Assembly (NCBI GenBank): GCA_052034405.1
Contig: JBPOIO010000004.1
Span: 64,751-128,750 of the forward strand
Direction: 5' to 3'
DNA from: Candidatus Magasanikiibacteriota bacterium
GTDB taxonomy: Bacteria > Patescibacteriota > Patescibacteriia > Magasanikbacterales > UBA922
Length of the DNA: 64,000 bases
Shown: piece after piece, positions 38,379 to 52,300 of the stretch
Layout of the letters: each line of letters starts with the position of its first letter
How positions within the stretch are numbered: the first letter of the stretch is position 1
Notes under the pieces: model-generated
The model's database searches: none
The model's input: only the letters and a program-made list of their open reading frames with translations
Told to the model about the DNA's origin: nothing
Position numbers and translations under genes: made by a program

Positions 38379-39566
38379 TTATGCAATAATTCTAACAACT
38401 GCTCCAGCTCCAACAGTCTTACCACCTTCACGGATAGCAAAACGCATTTTCTCTTCAAGAGCAACAGGAACGATAAGTTTTACAGTAACATTTACTGTGT
38501 CTCCTGGCATAACCATTTCGGTTCCTGCAGGAAGAGTCACTTCACCAGTTACATCTGTTGTACGGATGTAGAACTGAGGTTTATAACCATTGAAAAATGG
38601 TTTGTGACGTCCACCTTCTTCTTTTGTCAAACAATACATTTGAGCTTCGAATTCAGTGTGTGGTTTGATAGTACCTGGTTTTGCAAGTACCATTCCACGT
38701 TCTACGTCATCTTTCTTTGTACCACGAAGAAGGATACCCGCGTTATCTCCAGCTTGACCTTGTCCCAATGATTTATTAAACATTTCAACTCCAGTCACAG
38801 TTGTTTTTGTAGTTTCACGGATACCAACGATTTCAACTTCATCACCAACTTTGATGATACCACGATCAATACGTCCTGTTACTACTGTTCCGCGTCCTTC
38901 AATTGAGAACACATCTTCAATAGGCATGAGCATTGGTTTATCGAGATCACGAACTGGTTCTGGGATATAAGAATCCAAAGTAGCAAGCAAGTCCAAAATT
39001 GGTTTTGATGCTGCTGGATCTGTTGGGTTTTCAAGAGCTTTGAGAGATGATCCACGAATAATTGGAGTTGTAGCTCCTGGGAATTCGTATTTTGTCAAAA
39101 GATCACGAACTTCTTCTTCAACGAGGTCGATAAGTTCAGGATCTGAAACCATATCAACTTTGTTGAGGTATACAATAATATAAGGTACACCTACTTGACG
39201 AGCAAGCAAGATATGTTCACGAGTTTGAGGCATTGGACCGTCTGCTGCAGAAACTACGAGGATAGCTCCATCCATTTGAGCTGCTCCAGTAATCATGTTT
39301 TTTACGTAGTCAGCATGGCCTGGACAATCAACGTGTGCGTAGTGACGAGTGGCTGTTTCGTATTCAACGTGAGCAGTAGAGATAGTAATACCACGAGTTT
39401 TTGATTCAGGTGCTTTATCAAGAGCATCTACGTCTTTGATATCAGCTGTCAAACCTTGAGCTGAAGCTACTTTCAAGATAGCTGCAGTCGTTGTAGTTTT
39501 ACCGTGGTCTACGTGACCAATAGTTCCTACGTTGACGTGTGGCTTTGTACGAGCAAAGTCTGCCAT
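38379..39566 (-). CDS. tuf: Elongation factor Tu
   Basis: [35 protein letters not shown]. Confidence 0.99.
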   Translation of the reverse strand: MADFARTKPHVNVGTIGHVDHGKTTTTAAILKVASAQGLTADIKDVDALDKAPESKTRGITISTAHVEYETATRHYAHVDCPGHADYVKNMITGAAQMDGAILVVSAADGPMPQTREHILLARQVGVPYIIVYLNKVDMVSDPELIDLVEEEVRDLLTKYEFPGATTPIIRGSSLKALENPTDPAASKPILDLLATLDSYIPEPVRDLDKPMLMPIEDVFSIEGRGTVVTGRIDRGIIKVGDEVEIVGIRETTKTTVTGVEMFNKSLGQGQAGDNAGILLRGTKKDDVERGMVLAKPGTIKPHTEFEAQMYCLTKEEGGRHKPFFNGYKPQFYIRTTDVTGEVTLPAGTEMVMPGDTVNVTVKLIVPVALEEKMRFAIREGGKTVGAGAVVRIIA

Positions 39567-39671
39567 ACGTGTAATGTTGTCGCCGCACTGTACTTTGAGT
39601 GGTCAAAGACAGTTTTGTTGTCCAGCGGGACCTTGTAAATTAAAATAAATACGTTTTTCAAAAGTGAGGAT

Positions 39672-39700
39672 AGTATAATCGAAATTACGAGTGCCGTCAA
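39672..39700 (-). promoter_or_regulatory. tuf promoter TTGACG-N17-TATACT
   Basis: Near-consensus elements at the correct spacing. Confidence 0.75.
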
Positions 39701-39714
39701 GAGGGGGGTTGTGA

Positions 39715-40404
39715 CTAAACAGGCTCTTCCAAAAAAATAGGATCTTCCCCCTCTATTTCTGTCGCCATTTCACTTGTATTTTCTTCAAAACTCAAAACCT
39801 TCACAGATTCTGGAGATACGGGACTAAAATTTTTTCCTGTAAAAGTCCAATCTGTCCAAGAAAGTGCTCCAGCAAGATTAGGAACTGGATAATACGCAGG
39901 TTCTTCTTTTGCGAGTTCTTCCTTTGTTGCTACTTCTATCTTTGAAGATTCTTCGCCCAATTGGTGCCATTCTGGAGTATGGATCAAATCCTCTTCAAAA
40001 GGATCTGCTGGTGGATTTTCGAGAAGTTCTTCTTCCAAAGTCTTTTCTATTTCTTCACGTTCTTTTTCTTCACGTTTGGCCTTCCAAAGAGCCAGTTCTT
40101 CATTGCTTTGTTCGATTTCATCAAATTCTTTCCCTTCCTTCGCCGCATCAATTTTTTCTGTTATTTTTTCTTCAAGTTCTTCAAGATCATCAACAAGATT
40201 TACCGCACTATAGTTTCTTTGCAACAGCTCTTCGCCATGAGCATTTTGAGAAGGGTAGCTATTTTGAGACATTTTTCCAAAATTTTCTTCAAAATAGTCA
40301 AGCCCCATAAGTACTCCAGCACGATCGTATTTTGAGTCATACACAATTACAGGAACATTGTGATCTTCTGACATTTTCAACAATCTTTTCAAAAGTTGGT
40401 TCAT
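39715..40404 (-). CDS. Hypothetical protein, acidic
   Basis: Long ORF between the 16S terminator and the tuf promoter; Glu-rich; start uncertain. Confidence 0.75.
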   Translation of the reverse strand: MNQLLKRLLKMSEDHNVPVIVYDSKYDRAGVLMGLDYFEENFGKMSQNSYPSQNAHGEELLQRNYSAVNLVDDLEELEEKITEKIDAAKEGKEFDEIEQSNEELALWKAKREEKEREEIEKTLEEELLENPPADPFEEDLIHTPEWHQLGEESSKIEVATKEELAKEEPAYYPVPNLAGALSWTDWTFTGKNFSPVSPESVKVLSFEENTSEMATEIEGEDPIFLEEPV

Positions 40405-40504
40405 ACAGTACAAAAAAATTACTCATTCATTATCGAAGTGTATATTTTGATTATATCGAGGAAAGACTCTTGAGTCAAGAGAAATATCAGAAGTTTTTGA
40501 AAAC

Positions 40505-40524
40505 AAAAAAACGCCTTGCGGGCG
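40505..40524 (-). terminator. Terminator of the 16S transcript
   Basis: CGCC-CGCAA-GGCG followed by a T-run on the minus strand. Confidence 0.6.
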
Positions 40525-40683
40525 ATTTGTAATGGAACCAAAATGTAGGAAAGAAAAATGTTTTTTTCACTTCAAAAATGTGACAAAAACCAACAGTAGT
40601 CTATTATTTAGTACTCTATATACACGATCTATAAAAGATCGAGTCGACTAAAGAGATGTTGACTTTCGTCAAAATTTCTCCAG

Positions 40684-42209
<1,526 letters not shown>

Positions 42210-42541
42210 AAGTAAAATAGTAAACTATCTTACAGATGTAAATCCCCAAATAAATGGGGCTTGAGATCTTGATAAATCTATAGACTCTTGTTTTGTATTC
42301 TTTCGAATACGGGTTCTTGTCACATTTTTATTGTGAATTTTTTACATTTTTGTTTCCTTACCTTTTTGTTGCATTTTGGTTGTATTCAATTGTAGAGAAC
42401 GCTTTCTCGAACGAGCCAAGAAAGAAAAAAGAGAAACCAATATATGTTCAGTTGCTCTTTTTTCTATCCTAGTTTTCTGCATTTGCAGAGCCTTGAGGAA
42501 GGGAGTTTTTTAAGTTGTAGCTCTTCTTGTTTTGTGGCCGT

Positions 42542-42570
42542 ATTGTATATGAAGAATTATCCCCTGTCAA
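42542..42570 (-). promoter_or_regulatory. 16S rRNA promoter TTGACA-N17-TACAAT
   Basis: Consensus spacing; perfect DnaA box at 42592-42600 just upstream. Confidence 0.8.
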
Positions 42571-42601
42571 GTGCTGCTATTTTTGAAAAACTGTGGATAA
42601 G

Positions 42602-43303
42602 TTATTTGCCTTGTTTTTTGCGCCACTCTGCAATATTTTTATGATCTCCGGACATCAAAACAGCTGGAACTTTGTGCCCTTGAAAATCTGCAGGTTTTGT
42701 ATACTGTGGATATTCTCCGCCATTCATATCTGTATTATTGGTTTCTTCTTTGAGAGAATCTATATTCCCGAGCACTCCTGGAATAAGACGAGATACAGCT
42801 TCGGCAATCACCAGTGCGCCAAGTTCACCACCAGCAAGCACATAGGGACCAATCGAAATTTCTTCGTCAATCATATAGTCAACTACACGTTGATCTACTC
42901 CTTCGTAACGTCCACAAATAAAGGTGAGTTCACTATATTTACTCCATTCTTCTGCTATACGTTGGTCAAACTGACGTCCCCGAGGCGAAAGCAAAATAGT
43001 ACGTTTTTTCTTTTTGATATCTCCATTAAAAATTTTTTTAAGTTTTTGAAGCCCTGGAGTTTTGCCAAAAGGTATAGCATCAAGACTCTTCAATGCTTTA
43101 TAGAGTGGCTCTGGTTTCATAAGCATACCAGCTCCCCCACCATAGGGTGTATCGTCAACTTTTTGGTGTTTATCCTCGGCAAAATCACGCAAATACACAA
43201 CATTCAAATCAATAATTTTATTTTTTCGGGCACGAGCAAGAATGGTTTCTTTGAAGTAACTTTCAATAATATCTGGGAAAATGGTAATGATATTGAATTT
43301 CAT
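42602..43303 (-). CDS. trmD: tRNA (guanine-N1)-methyltransferase
   Basis: ITIFP, VDDTPYGGGAGM, LSPRG, CGRYEGVDQR, SIGPYVLAGGE, YPQYTKP. Confidence 0.97.
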   Translation of the reverse strand: MKFNIITIFPDIIESYFKETILARARKNKIIDLNVVYLRDFAEDKHQKVDDTPYGGGAGMLMKPEPLYKALKSLDAIPFGKTPGLQKLKKIFNGDIKKKKRTILLSPRGRQFDQRIAEEWSKYSELTFICGRYEGVDQRVVDYMIDEEISIGPYVLAGGELGALVIAEAVSRLIPGVLGNIDSLKEETNNTDMNGGEYPQYTKPADFQGHKVPAVLMSGDHKNIAEWRKKQGK

Positions 43304-43340
43304 AATAGACTCATACTAGCAAAGAAATTCATATTTTACA

Positions 43341-43369
43341 AGAAAAAGCCCTCAATGAGGGCTTTTTCT
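43341..43369 (-). terminator. Terminator after the giant surface protein gene
   Basis: AGAAAAAGCCCTC-AAT-GAGGGCTTTTTCT. Confidence 0.75.
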
Positions 43370-43381
43370 ATAACATTTTTT

Positions 43382-46300
43382 TTAAAGAGAATTGAGCACC
43401 GAGCGAGTTCCAGGACCTACAATTCCAAGATCTTCAAGGCCATGAGCACGCTGAAATGCTTTTACAGCTTCGACAGTCACAGGTCCATATAGTCCTGTTG
43501 TTTCATGATTGAAAAATCCTTGGGAAGCCAATATTTTTTGGAGGGCTTCTACTTCGCTGCCACTATCATTGAGAACAAGTGAATGTGTAAAAGTAAAACC
43601 CGAAGAAAGTGTCTGTCTATTGGGCAACAAAGAAGACTCTTCTCCAATTTGAGTTCCATCTCCATAAATGCTTGAAGCAGGAAGACGAATAATACGATCG
43701 GTTCTATAATTTAAACTTTTCCAAGCTGATTCACTCGCAATATAACGTTTCAGAAAAATTGAACTGTCTGCCACACTTGGTTCAAGAAAATACAAACGAG
43801 GAGAGTCTGCATACCCAATCACACTCAAAGCAGGTGCTTCGTTTTTTGAAATGACATCACCTTCTGCAAACATATCCAAAAGTTCCTGCGCTACATCTTC
43901 TACATAATTCCACTCAAAACCAAGACTCTTGAATATTTCTTCACTCGTAATAACGTGTTTTTTACCATTTACCAACAAATAAACATTTGGATCAGATACC
44001 ACTTTCATAAGAGTTCCATTTTGTGGAGCATATCGAGGACCCCGTGGCATAAATCCAAGTGCATCATCTGGAATATTTGCCAAATCTGCTTTTGGAACTA
44101 CCTGGACATCACTCCAAGAAGCAAAATAACTAAAGAATATTGGAGATGCTTTAAATGCACGTTTTGTACATGAACCTTCTATTGGCTGACCATCTTTGTT
44201 GTAAGGTGGAGTAATATAGTACACAGCATTTGAGTCGGGAGATTTGTAAGGACGACCCAAGTGTAAAGAACAACTTGTCATACTATGCAGCAACTGAATG
44301 CTCGCACTCGTGTCAAAAACACCTCCTGATTTTGAACGAAATCGTACGTATACGGTCTTTGGTCCATCTCCAAATGGAAGCGCCCAGACAGAACTGGTAG
44401 TAAATGTTTGGAAGGTTGCATCACTAAAATCAGGATTATTTGAAATTGCAACAAAAGATGCATTTACGATATTAAACTGCATATGTACCATACGAGAGAA
44501 TGTTTGCTTTGCTCCATTATTGATAAACACTGGAAGGAGTTCTTGTATTTCTGTAAAAGTAAATTTTGGATTTTTACCAAGCAAACCATCATACACAACA
44601 CGAAGATCAGGAATTCCATTTTTATCCGTATCCAAAATTTGAGCAATGTCTTTTTTCAAATGAACAACAATTGGCTCTGATTCAATAACAAGTACAGCCT
44701 CATCAGCACTTGCAGATACACGAATCACACGGTGAGAAGATGAAGGAAAATTGAGAGATTCACTATCTTTTGTCGTAAATACAATAGAGATATCACTCTC
44801 TCCGTTATTACTCAAAAGCGGAACGAGAGGAACACTTGGAATAGTCATAGCCCCTCCACCACCTCCAGCTTTTATAGGATCGCTCACAGCATCATTATCT
44901 GTAATATGTGCTGTTATATCTGCAATCACAATACCATTATATGAGATATCTGCAGAAAGTGCCGTTGCGGTAAGAGTACTTGTATGAGCACCCTCATCGA
45001 CAGCATCATCTACTGCAGTAACAGTCACTTCTACTGGAATGTTCCAACGATCTGGAGTAAAAGTAATACTGGTTGTAGAAAGCGTTGATTGTGCATCTGA
45101 AGCGAGCGTAACAACTACATCCGCTGTAGGAGTAGAACCAAGCACAAGAGTATAGCTATCGCTCGATCCAGCTTCAGAAATATCAGTCGAAGCAACACTC
45201 TCTACTACATTTATTCCAACTCCATCGTCATCAATATTTGTGACACTTACGTCATCAGGATTGAGTGCATTATAATGTGCATCTCCAGAAACTGCAGCAT
45301 CCAAAACTATACTAAAATCAATATCTCCATCATCAAAATAATCATCAACTCCGCTTACGGTTATAGTTCGTGGAATATTCCAATCTGCAGGCCCAAAAAC
45401 AAGAGTGCTGCTATTCACTGTTCCCTCTGTTAAATCCGAACTTGAAAGAGTTGTTGTTACAGGACCACTTGGCTCAGAATTCAAAACAAGTGTAAAAGTA
45501 GCCGTTGTTCCTGCTTCACTGGTATCTCCAGAAATAAGAGATACAGTAAATCCAGCAATATCATTATCGGTAATATGAGCAGTCACATCAACAATCGCAA
45601 GACCATTATAATTTGCATCGAGTGAAGAAGCACTTGCTGTAATTGTAGAGTCATGAGGATCTTCGACACTATCATCATTGAAAGCGCTTACTGTAATTGT
45701 TTGAGCAACATTCCAATTTGTAGAAGTGAAAACAATACTACTGGTTGAAACCGTCGACTGTGCATCTGGAGTTATTGTAATAGTGACATCATTTATTGGT
45801 TCTGTATCAAGCACAAGTGTATAGCTATCTGTTGCTCCACCTTCTGTAATATTTGTTGCTCCACCACTTTGGGTAAGACTTATTCCAGCAACATCATTAT
45901 CTGTATTTAGAGCATCTACATCACTGGCATTGAGTCCATCATAGTTATCATCAGTTGAACTTGCAACGCCATTTACAAGAGAATAGTTGATGGGACCATC
46001 CGCAATCAAATCATCAACTCCAGTTACAGTAACTGTTTGTGGGATATTCCAATTGAGTACTGTAAAAGTAAGCAAAGCTTGATCCACAGTAGCTTCACTT
46101 GCATCTGAACTTGATACTGAAATAAAGACATCATCTCTTGGTTCTGAATCCAAAACTACAGTATAGGTAGAAGTTGTTCCGCTTTCACTGGTATCACCAG
46201 AAATAGCAGAAACAGTAATACCTGCAGTATCATTATCTGTAACATTTGCGATTACATCACTTGTTGCAATAAGGTCATAGTTGATATCGAGAGAACTTAC

Positions 46301-49300
46301 GGTATGAGTAATTGTAGAAATATGCAACCCTTGGCTCACAGCATCATCGACAGCAGTAGTTGTTACTACACGTGGGATATTCCAATTGGCAATATTAAAC
46401 ACCAGAGAACTTGTCGAAATTGTTGAGGCCGCATCCGAAGTAATTTCAATTGTTACGTCTGCAAGAGGAAGTGCATTTAATACAATGGTATAAGAATCTT
46501 CAACACCACCTTCGGTAATATCAGTTGTTCCAAGTGACTCTGTCACTGTTACGCCTGGAGTATCGTTATCAATAACATTTGCCGTTAAATCAGCAATAGC
46601 AATTGCATTGTACGCTGCATCGAGAGAATCTGCGCTGTGAGTAATCACACTTGTATGTGGTCCTTCTACATCCGCATCGTCTTCTGCCATAACGCTTACA
46701 GATACAGGGATATTCCAAGTCGAACTGCTAAAGCTAATAGAAGTTGTTGAAAGTGTCGACTCCGCATCAGGAGTAAGCGTAATAGTAACATCCGAACTTG
46801 GCTTGGAATTCAATACAATAGTGTAGCTATCGCTAGCTCCCCCTTCGGCAATATTTGTCGTATCCGCACTTTGAGCAAGGGTCACTCCAGCGCTATCATT
46901 ATCGGTGATATGTGCCGTAATATCTGCCACCACAATAGCATCATACCCAGGATCAGTACTGGTAACACTGTGTGTCAGTGTAGAGTCATGAGCTCCCTCG
47001 GCAACAAGATCATTTACCGCCGTTACAGTAATAGTTTGGGCGATATTCCAAGTGCTGGTAGTAAATTGAATGGAACTTGTTGAAAGTGTCGCCTCTGCAT
47101 CTGCTGCAATATGCACAAAAACAGTATCCAAAGGTTCTGAACTCAAAACAATTGTATAACTATCTGTAACACCAGCTTCAGTAATATTTGTAGTACCAGC
47201 TGATTCTGTCAGAACCACACTATTACTATCATTATCTGTAATATGTGCTGTTAAATTTGGGATAATCACAGCATTATACTGCACATCATCTGACGATACA
47301 GTCTGAGTAATTGTTGAATCATGCGCTCCTTCTGTAAGACTATCATCTACAGCAGTCACAGTAATTGTCTGTGCAATATTCCAAGTTGTACTTGTAAAAA
47401 TAATACTCGAAGTCGAAAGTGTACTTTGTGCATCTGAAGTTAGAGTAATGCCCACAGTAGAACTTGGCTCAGAAGTAAGCACCAGTGTATAACTATCTGT
47501 AGCCCCACCCTCTGTAATATTTGTAGCAGCCGCTGACTCTGTCAAAGTTATCCCAACATTATCATTGTCTGTAACATTTGCAATAACATCAGGAATAGCC
47601 AAAGCATCGTAGGCTGGGTCAGTACTCGTCACACTATGAGCAATAACAGAGTTATGTCCTCCCTCAGCAAGATGATCATTCACAGCAGTCACGCTAATAG
47701 TTTTTGCAATATTCCAAGTGCTCGTTGTAAATATAATACTTGAAGTAGAAACTATACTCTGTGCATCTGAGGTAATATTTATTGACACGTCCCCTGTTGG
47801 CTGTGAGTTGAGTACCAAAGTATAGCTATCACCCGCAGCACCCTCTGTAATATCGGTTGTTCCCGCAGATTCTACAAGAGTAATTCCTACGCTGTCGTCA
47901 TCGCTATTGGTAACAGATACATCAGCAGGATTAAGTCCCGCATAGTGAACATCTGTAGAACTTGCAGTATCAAGAATTATACTATAGGCAATATCTCCGT
48001 CGACCAAATCATCATCAACACCCGTAACAGTCACCGTACGAGGCAAATTCCAAGAAGCAGCATCAAAAACTAAAGTACTGGTATTGATCGTTCCCTCTGT
48101 TGTATCCGAACTATGTACTGTTGTGGTGACTGTGCCACTTGGAGGACTATCAAGAACAACCGTAAAAGTAGCAGTACCCCCCGCCTCTGTTGTGTCCCCA
48201 GAAATAAGAGAAACAGTAAACCCAGCAGCATCATTGTCGCTTACATTTGCAATCACACTATCAATCGCAATTCCATCATATCCAAGGTCAGTAGAAGTTG
48301 CTGTATGTGTAATCGTACTGGTATGGTCACCTTCGGCAATAGCATCGTTAAGCGCTGTCACCGTAATAGTCTGAGCAATGTTCCAATTCAAAGGGGTAAA
48401 TACAATAGAACTTGTTGAGATTGTACTTTGAGCATCAGGACTCAAACTCAGAGCAACATTTCCTGTTGGCTCTGAATTCAATACAATCGTATAACTATCT
48501 GTTCCTCCCCCTTCGCTAATATCCGTTGTTCCTGCAGATTCGCTAATAGTCACTCCAACACTATCATTATCTATATTGGTTACAGATACATCTGCTGGAT
48601 CAAACCCATCATAATTCAAGTCTGTTGAAGTTGCTGTATCCAAAATTATCGAATAATCAATATTACCATCAACAAGAGCATCGTCCACACCTGTCACTGT
48701 CACCGTTCGAACAAAATCCCAATCATCCGGACTAAATACAAGGGTAGAGGTATTTATAGTTCCTTCTGTAGTATCAGAACTATGTACTGTTGTAGTTACA
48801 ATTCCTGTAGGAGGAGTACTCAAAACAACCGTAAAGGTTGCTGTACCACCAGCTTCTGTCGTACTCGCAGAAATGAGTGATACAGTAAATCCTGCTGTGT
48901 CATTGTCTATGACATTTGCTACCACATCCACAATAGCAATACCATCATATCCTGGATCAGTTGAGGTAACAGAGTGAGTAATCGTTGAAAAATGAGCCCC
49001 TTCATCAAATATATCATCGACCGCAGTAATTGTAAGAGTCTGAGCTACATTCCAATTTATTGGAGTAAAAACAATACTCGAAGTAGAAATAGTCGAGTCT
49101 ACATCAGCACTTAGACTCACAGCAACATCTCCTGTTGGTTGCGAATTCAAAACAATCGTATAACTATCTGTCGCTCCACCTTCTGTAATATCTGTCGTTC
49201 CTCCTGACTCAACAAGAGTTATCCCAACAACATCATTATCAATATTTGTAACAGCAACATCTGATGGATTTATTCCAGCATAGTTGACATCGTCCGTTGA

Positions 49301-52300
49301 AGTCGCCGTATCCAAGATAATTGAATAATTGATATTCCCATCTGCCAAAATATCGTCTACCCCAGTAACCGTCACAGTTCGTGCCAAATTCCAAGATCCA
49401 GGACTAAATACCAAAGTTGAAGTTGTAATCGTTCCTTCTGTTATATCACTACTATGAATCGTTGTGGTTACAATTCCTGTAGGAGCTGCATCCAAAACAA
49501 CCGTAAAGGTTGCAGTACCACCAGCTTCTGTCGTACTCGCAGAAATGAGCGATACAGTAAATCCTGCTGTGTCATTGTCTGTAATATTTGCGGTGACAGA
49601 CCCAATCATAATACCATCGTAAGCACCATCGGTACTGGTTGCACTATGAGTAAGGGTGCTCGTATGGGCTCCTTCAACTACAGCATCATTTACAGCGGTT
49701 ACAGTAATAGTTTGTGCGGTATCCCAATTTGCTGGAGTAAAGACAATACTACTGGTAGACACAGTGGCATCAGCATCAGCACTCACACTAATTGCAACAT
49801 TCCCTGTTGGTTGAGTATTCAAAACAATGGTATATGAGTCTGTTGCTCCGCCTTCTGTAATATCTGTTGTCCCTGCAGACTCGGTCACTGTCACTCCAAT
49901 AGTGTCGTTATCTGTATTTGTAACATTGACATCATTTGGGTTTATTCCTGCATAATTTACATCCACAGTAGACGTTGCAGTATCAAGAATAATTGTATAT
50001 GCAATATCACCATCACTCACAAAATCATCGACTCCGGTCACGGTCACGGTTCGAGGAATGTTCCAGTCATTGGAATGAAATACGAGTGTACTGGTAGTAA
50101 TCGTACCTTCAGTTGTATCACTACTGTGAATAGTGGTCGTCACAACTCCACTTGGCTCAGAATTTAATACCACAGTAAAAGTAGCAGTAGCACCAGCTTC
50201 ACTTGTATTTCCAGAAATCGCAGAGACGGTAAATCCAGCAGTGTCGTTATCCGTTACGGTGGCAACCACATCTCCAACCGCAATACCCTCATACCCCTCA
50301 TCCGTACTTGTGACGGTATGGGTAATGGTACTACTATGTTCACCCTGTTGAACGGCATCATCAACCGCTGTCACAGTGACGGTTCGTGCCACATTCCAAT
50401 TTGAAGTTTGAAAGGTAATACTACTGGTTGAAAGAGTTGACTCGCCATCTGTATTAAGATGAATTGCTACATTTCCCGTAGGCTGAGTATTCAAGACAAT
50501 AGTATAGGTATCAGTAGCTCCCCCTTCGGTAACATCCGTTGTACCGTCAGATTCTACTAAAGTCACGCCAGCACTATCATTGTCAAGATTGACCAACATA
50601 TTTACATCATCTGGATTCATACCATCGTAATTTGGATCTGTCGAAGTTGCAATATCCAAAATAACACTATTTGGCTGATTTCCATCATCAATATCATCAT
50701 CAACACCCGTCACAATCACAGTTCGGGTAAGATTCCAATCCTCAGGACTAAAAACCAAAGTACTTGTATTGATTGAATGTTCTGTCGCATCAAGAACATG
50801 AACGGTTGTAGTGACAATTCCTGAAGGCTCCGAAGTCAAAACAACAGTAAACGTTGATGTAGTTCCGGCTTCACTCGTATCACCCGAGATAGCAGAGACG
50901 TCAAATCCTGCAGTATCATTATCTGTAATATTAGCAGTTACATTTGGAAGAACAAAAGCATCGTATCCAGGATCTGTTGAGGTAACCGTATGGGTGATTG
51001 TAGTTGTATGTCCCCCTTCTGCAATAGCATCATCAACAGCTGTAACCGTAATAGTTTGGGCCACATTCCAATTCGCAGGAGTAAAGACAATACTACTCGT
51101 AGAAAGAGTAGATTCCGCATCTGGAGAAATACTTACCGCAACATGAGCACTTGGCTCTGTATCAAGTACAAGTGTATAACTATCCGTTGCTCCACCCTCT
51201 GTAATATTTGTTGCTTCAAAAGATTCTACAAGAGTAATACCTGCAGTATCATTATCGGTATTTGTAACAGATACATCAGCAGGATTCATACCACTATAAG
51301 TAAGATCCGTACTTGTAGCACTATCCAAAATTATAGAATAAGCAACATCTCCATCATCAACACTATCATCAACGCCAGTAACTGTCACCGTACGAGGCAA
51401 ATTCCAAGAGTCAGCATCAAAAACCAAAGTACTCGTGTTGATCGTTCCCTCTGTGGTATCCGAACTATACACCGTTGTCGTTACACTTGCACTTGGTTGA
51501 CTATCAAGAACAACAGTAAAAGTAGCAGTCCCACCAAATTCACTCGTATTTCCAGAAATTGCTGATACTGTAAATCCCGCTGTGTCATTGTCTGTAATAT
51601 TGGCAGTCACACTCGCAACAGCAATTCCATCATAATTTGCATTGGTACTAGTCACAGTATGCGTAATAACACAAGTATGTCCACCTTCTACAACACTATC
51701 ATCCACAGCTGTAGCAGTAACCGTTACCGCTCTATTCCAGTTTCCAGAAGTAAAAGAAATAGAACTTGTCGAAACAGTACATTCTGTATCAGAAACAAGA
51801 GCAATGTTGACGGTTCCTGTTGGAGCACTTGTCAACAGCAAAGTATAGGAATCTGTCAAACCTGCTTCGCTTATATCAGTAGTTCCCCCACTTTGAGTCA
51901 CTGTTACTCCTGCGCTATCATTGTCTGTAATATTAGCAGTAACCGAAGCAATTACAATAGCATTGTAATCACTGTCAGTACTCGTAGCACTATGCGTAAT
52001 AGTAGCACTGTGCAAACTCTCTGAATAGTCATCGTCAACAGCTGTCACTGTGATAGTTTGTGCAACATTCCAATTTGCAAGAGTAAATACAATACTTGAT
52101 GTTGAAAAAGAAACCTGTGAATCCGATGCGATATTTACAAAAACATTTCCTGTTGGTAAAGAGTTCAGTACTATAGTATAGGTATCTGTAGCAGCAGCTT
52201 CTGTAACATTGGTAGAACCAGCACTTTGACTGATCGTAACCCCCGCAGAGGCAGGAGCTTCGTTATCCGTATTTGTTACAGAAACATCCAAAGGGTTTAT

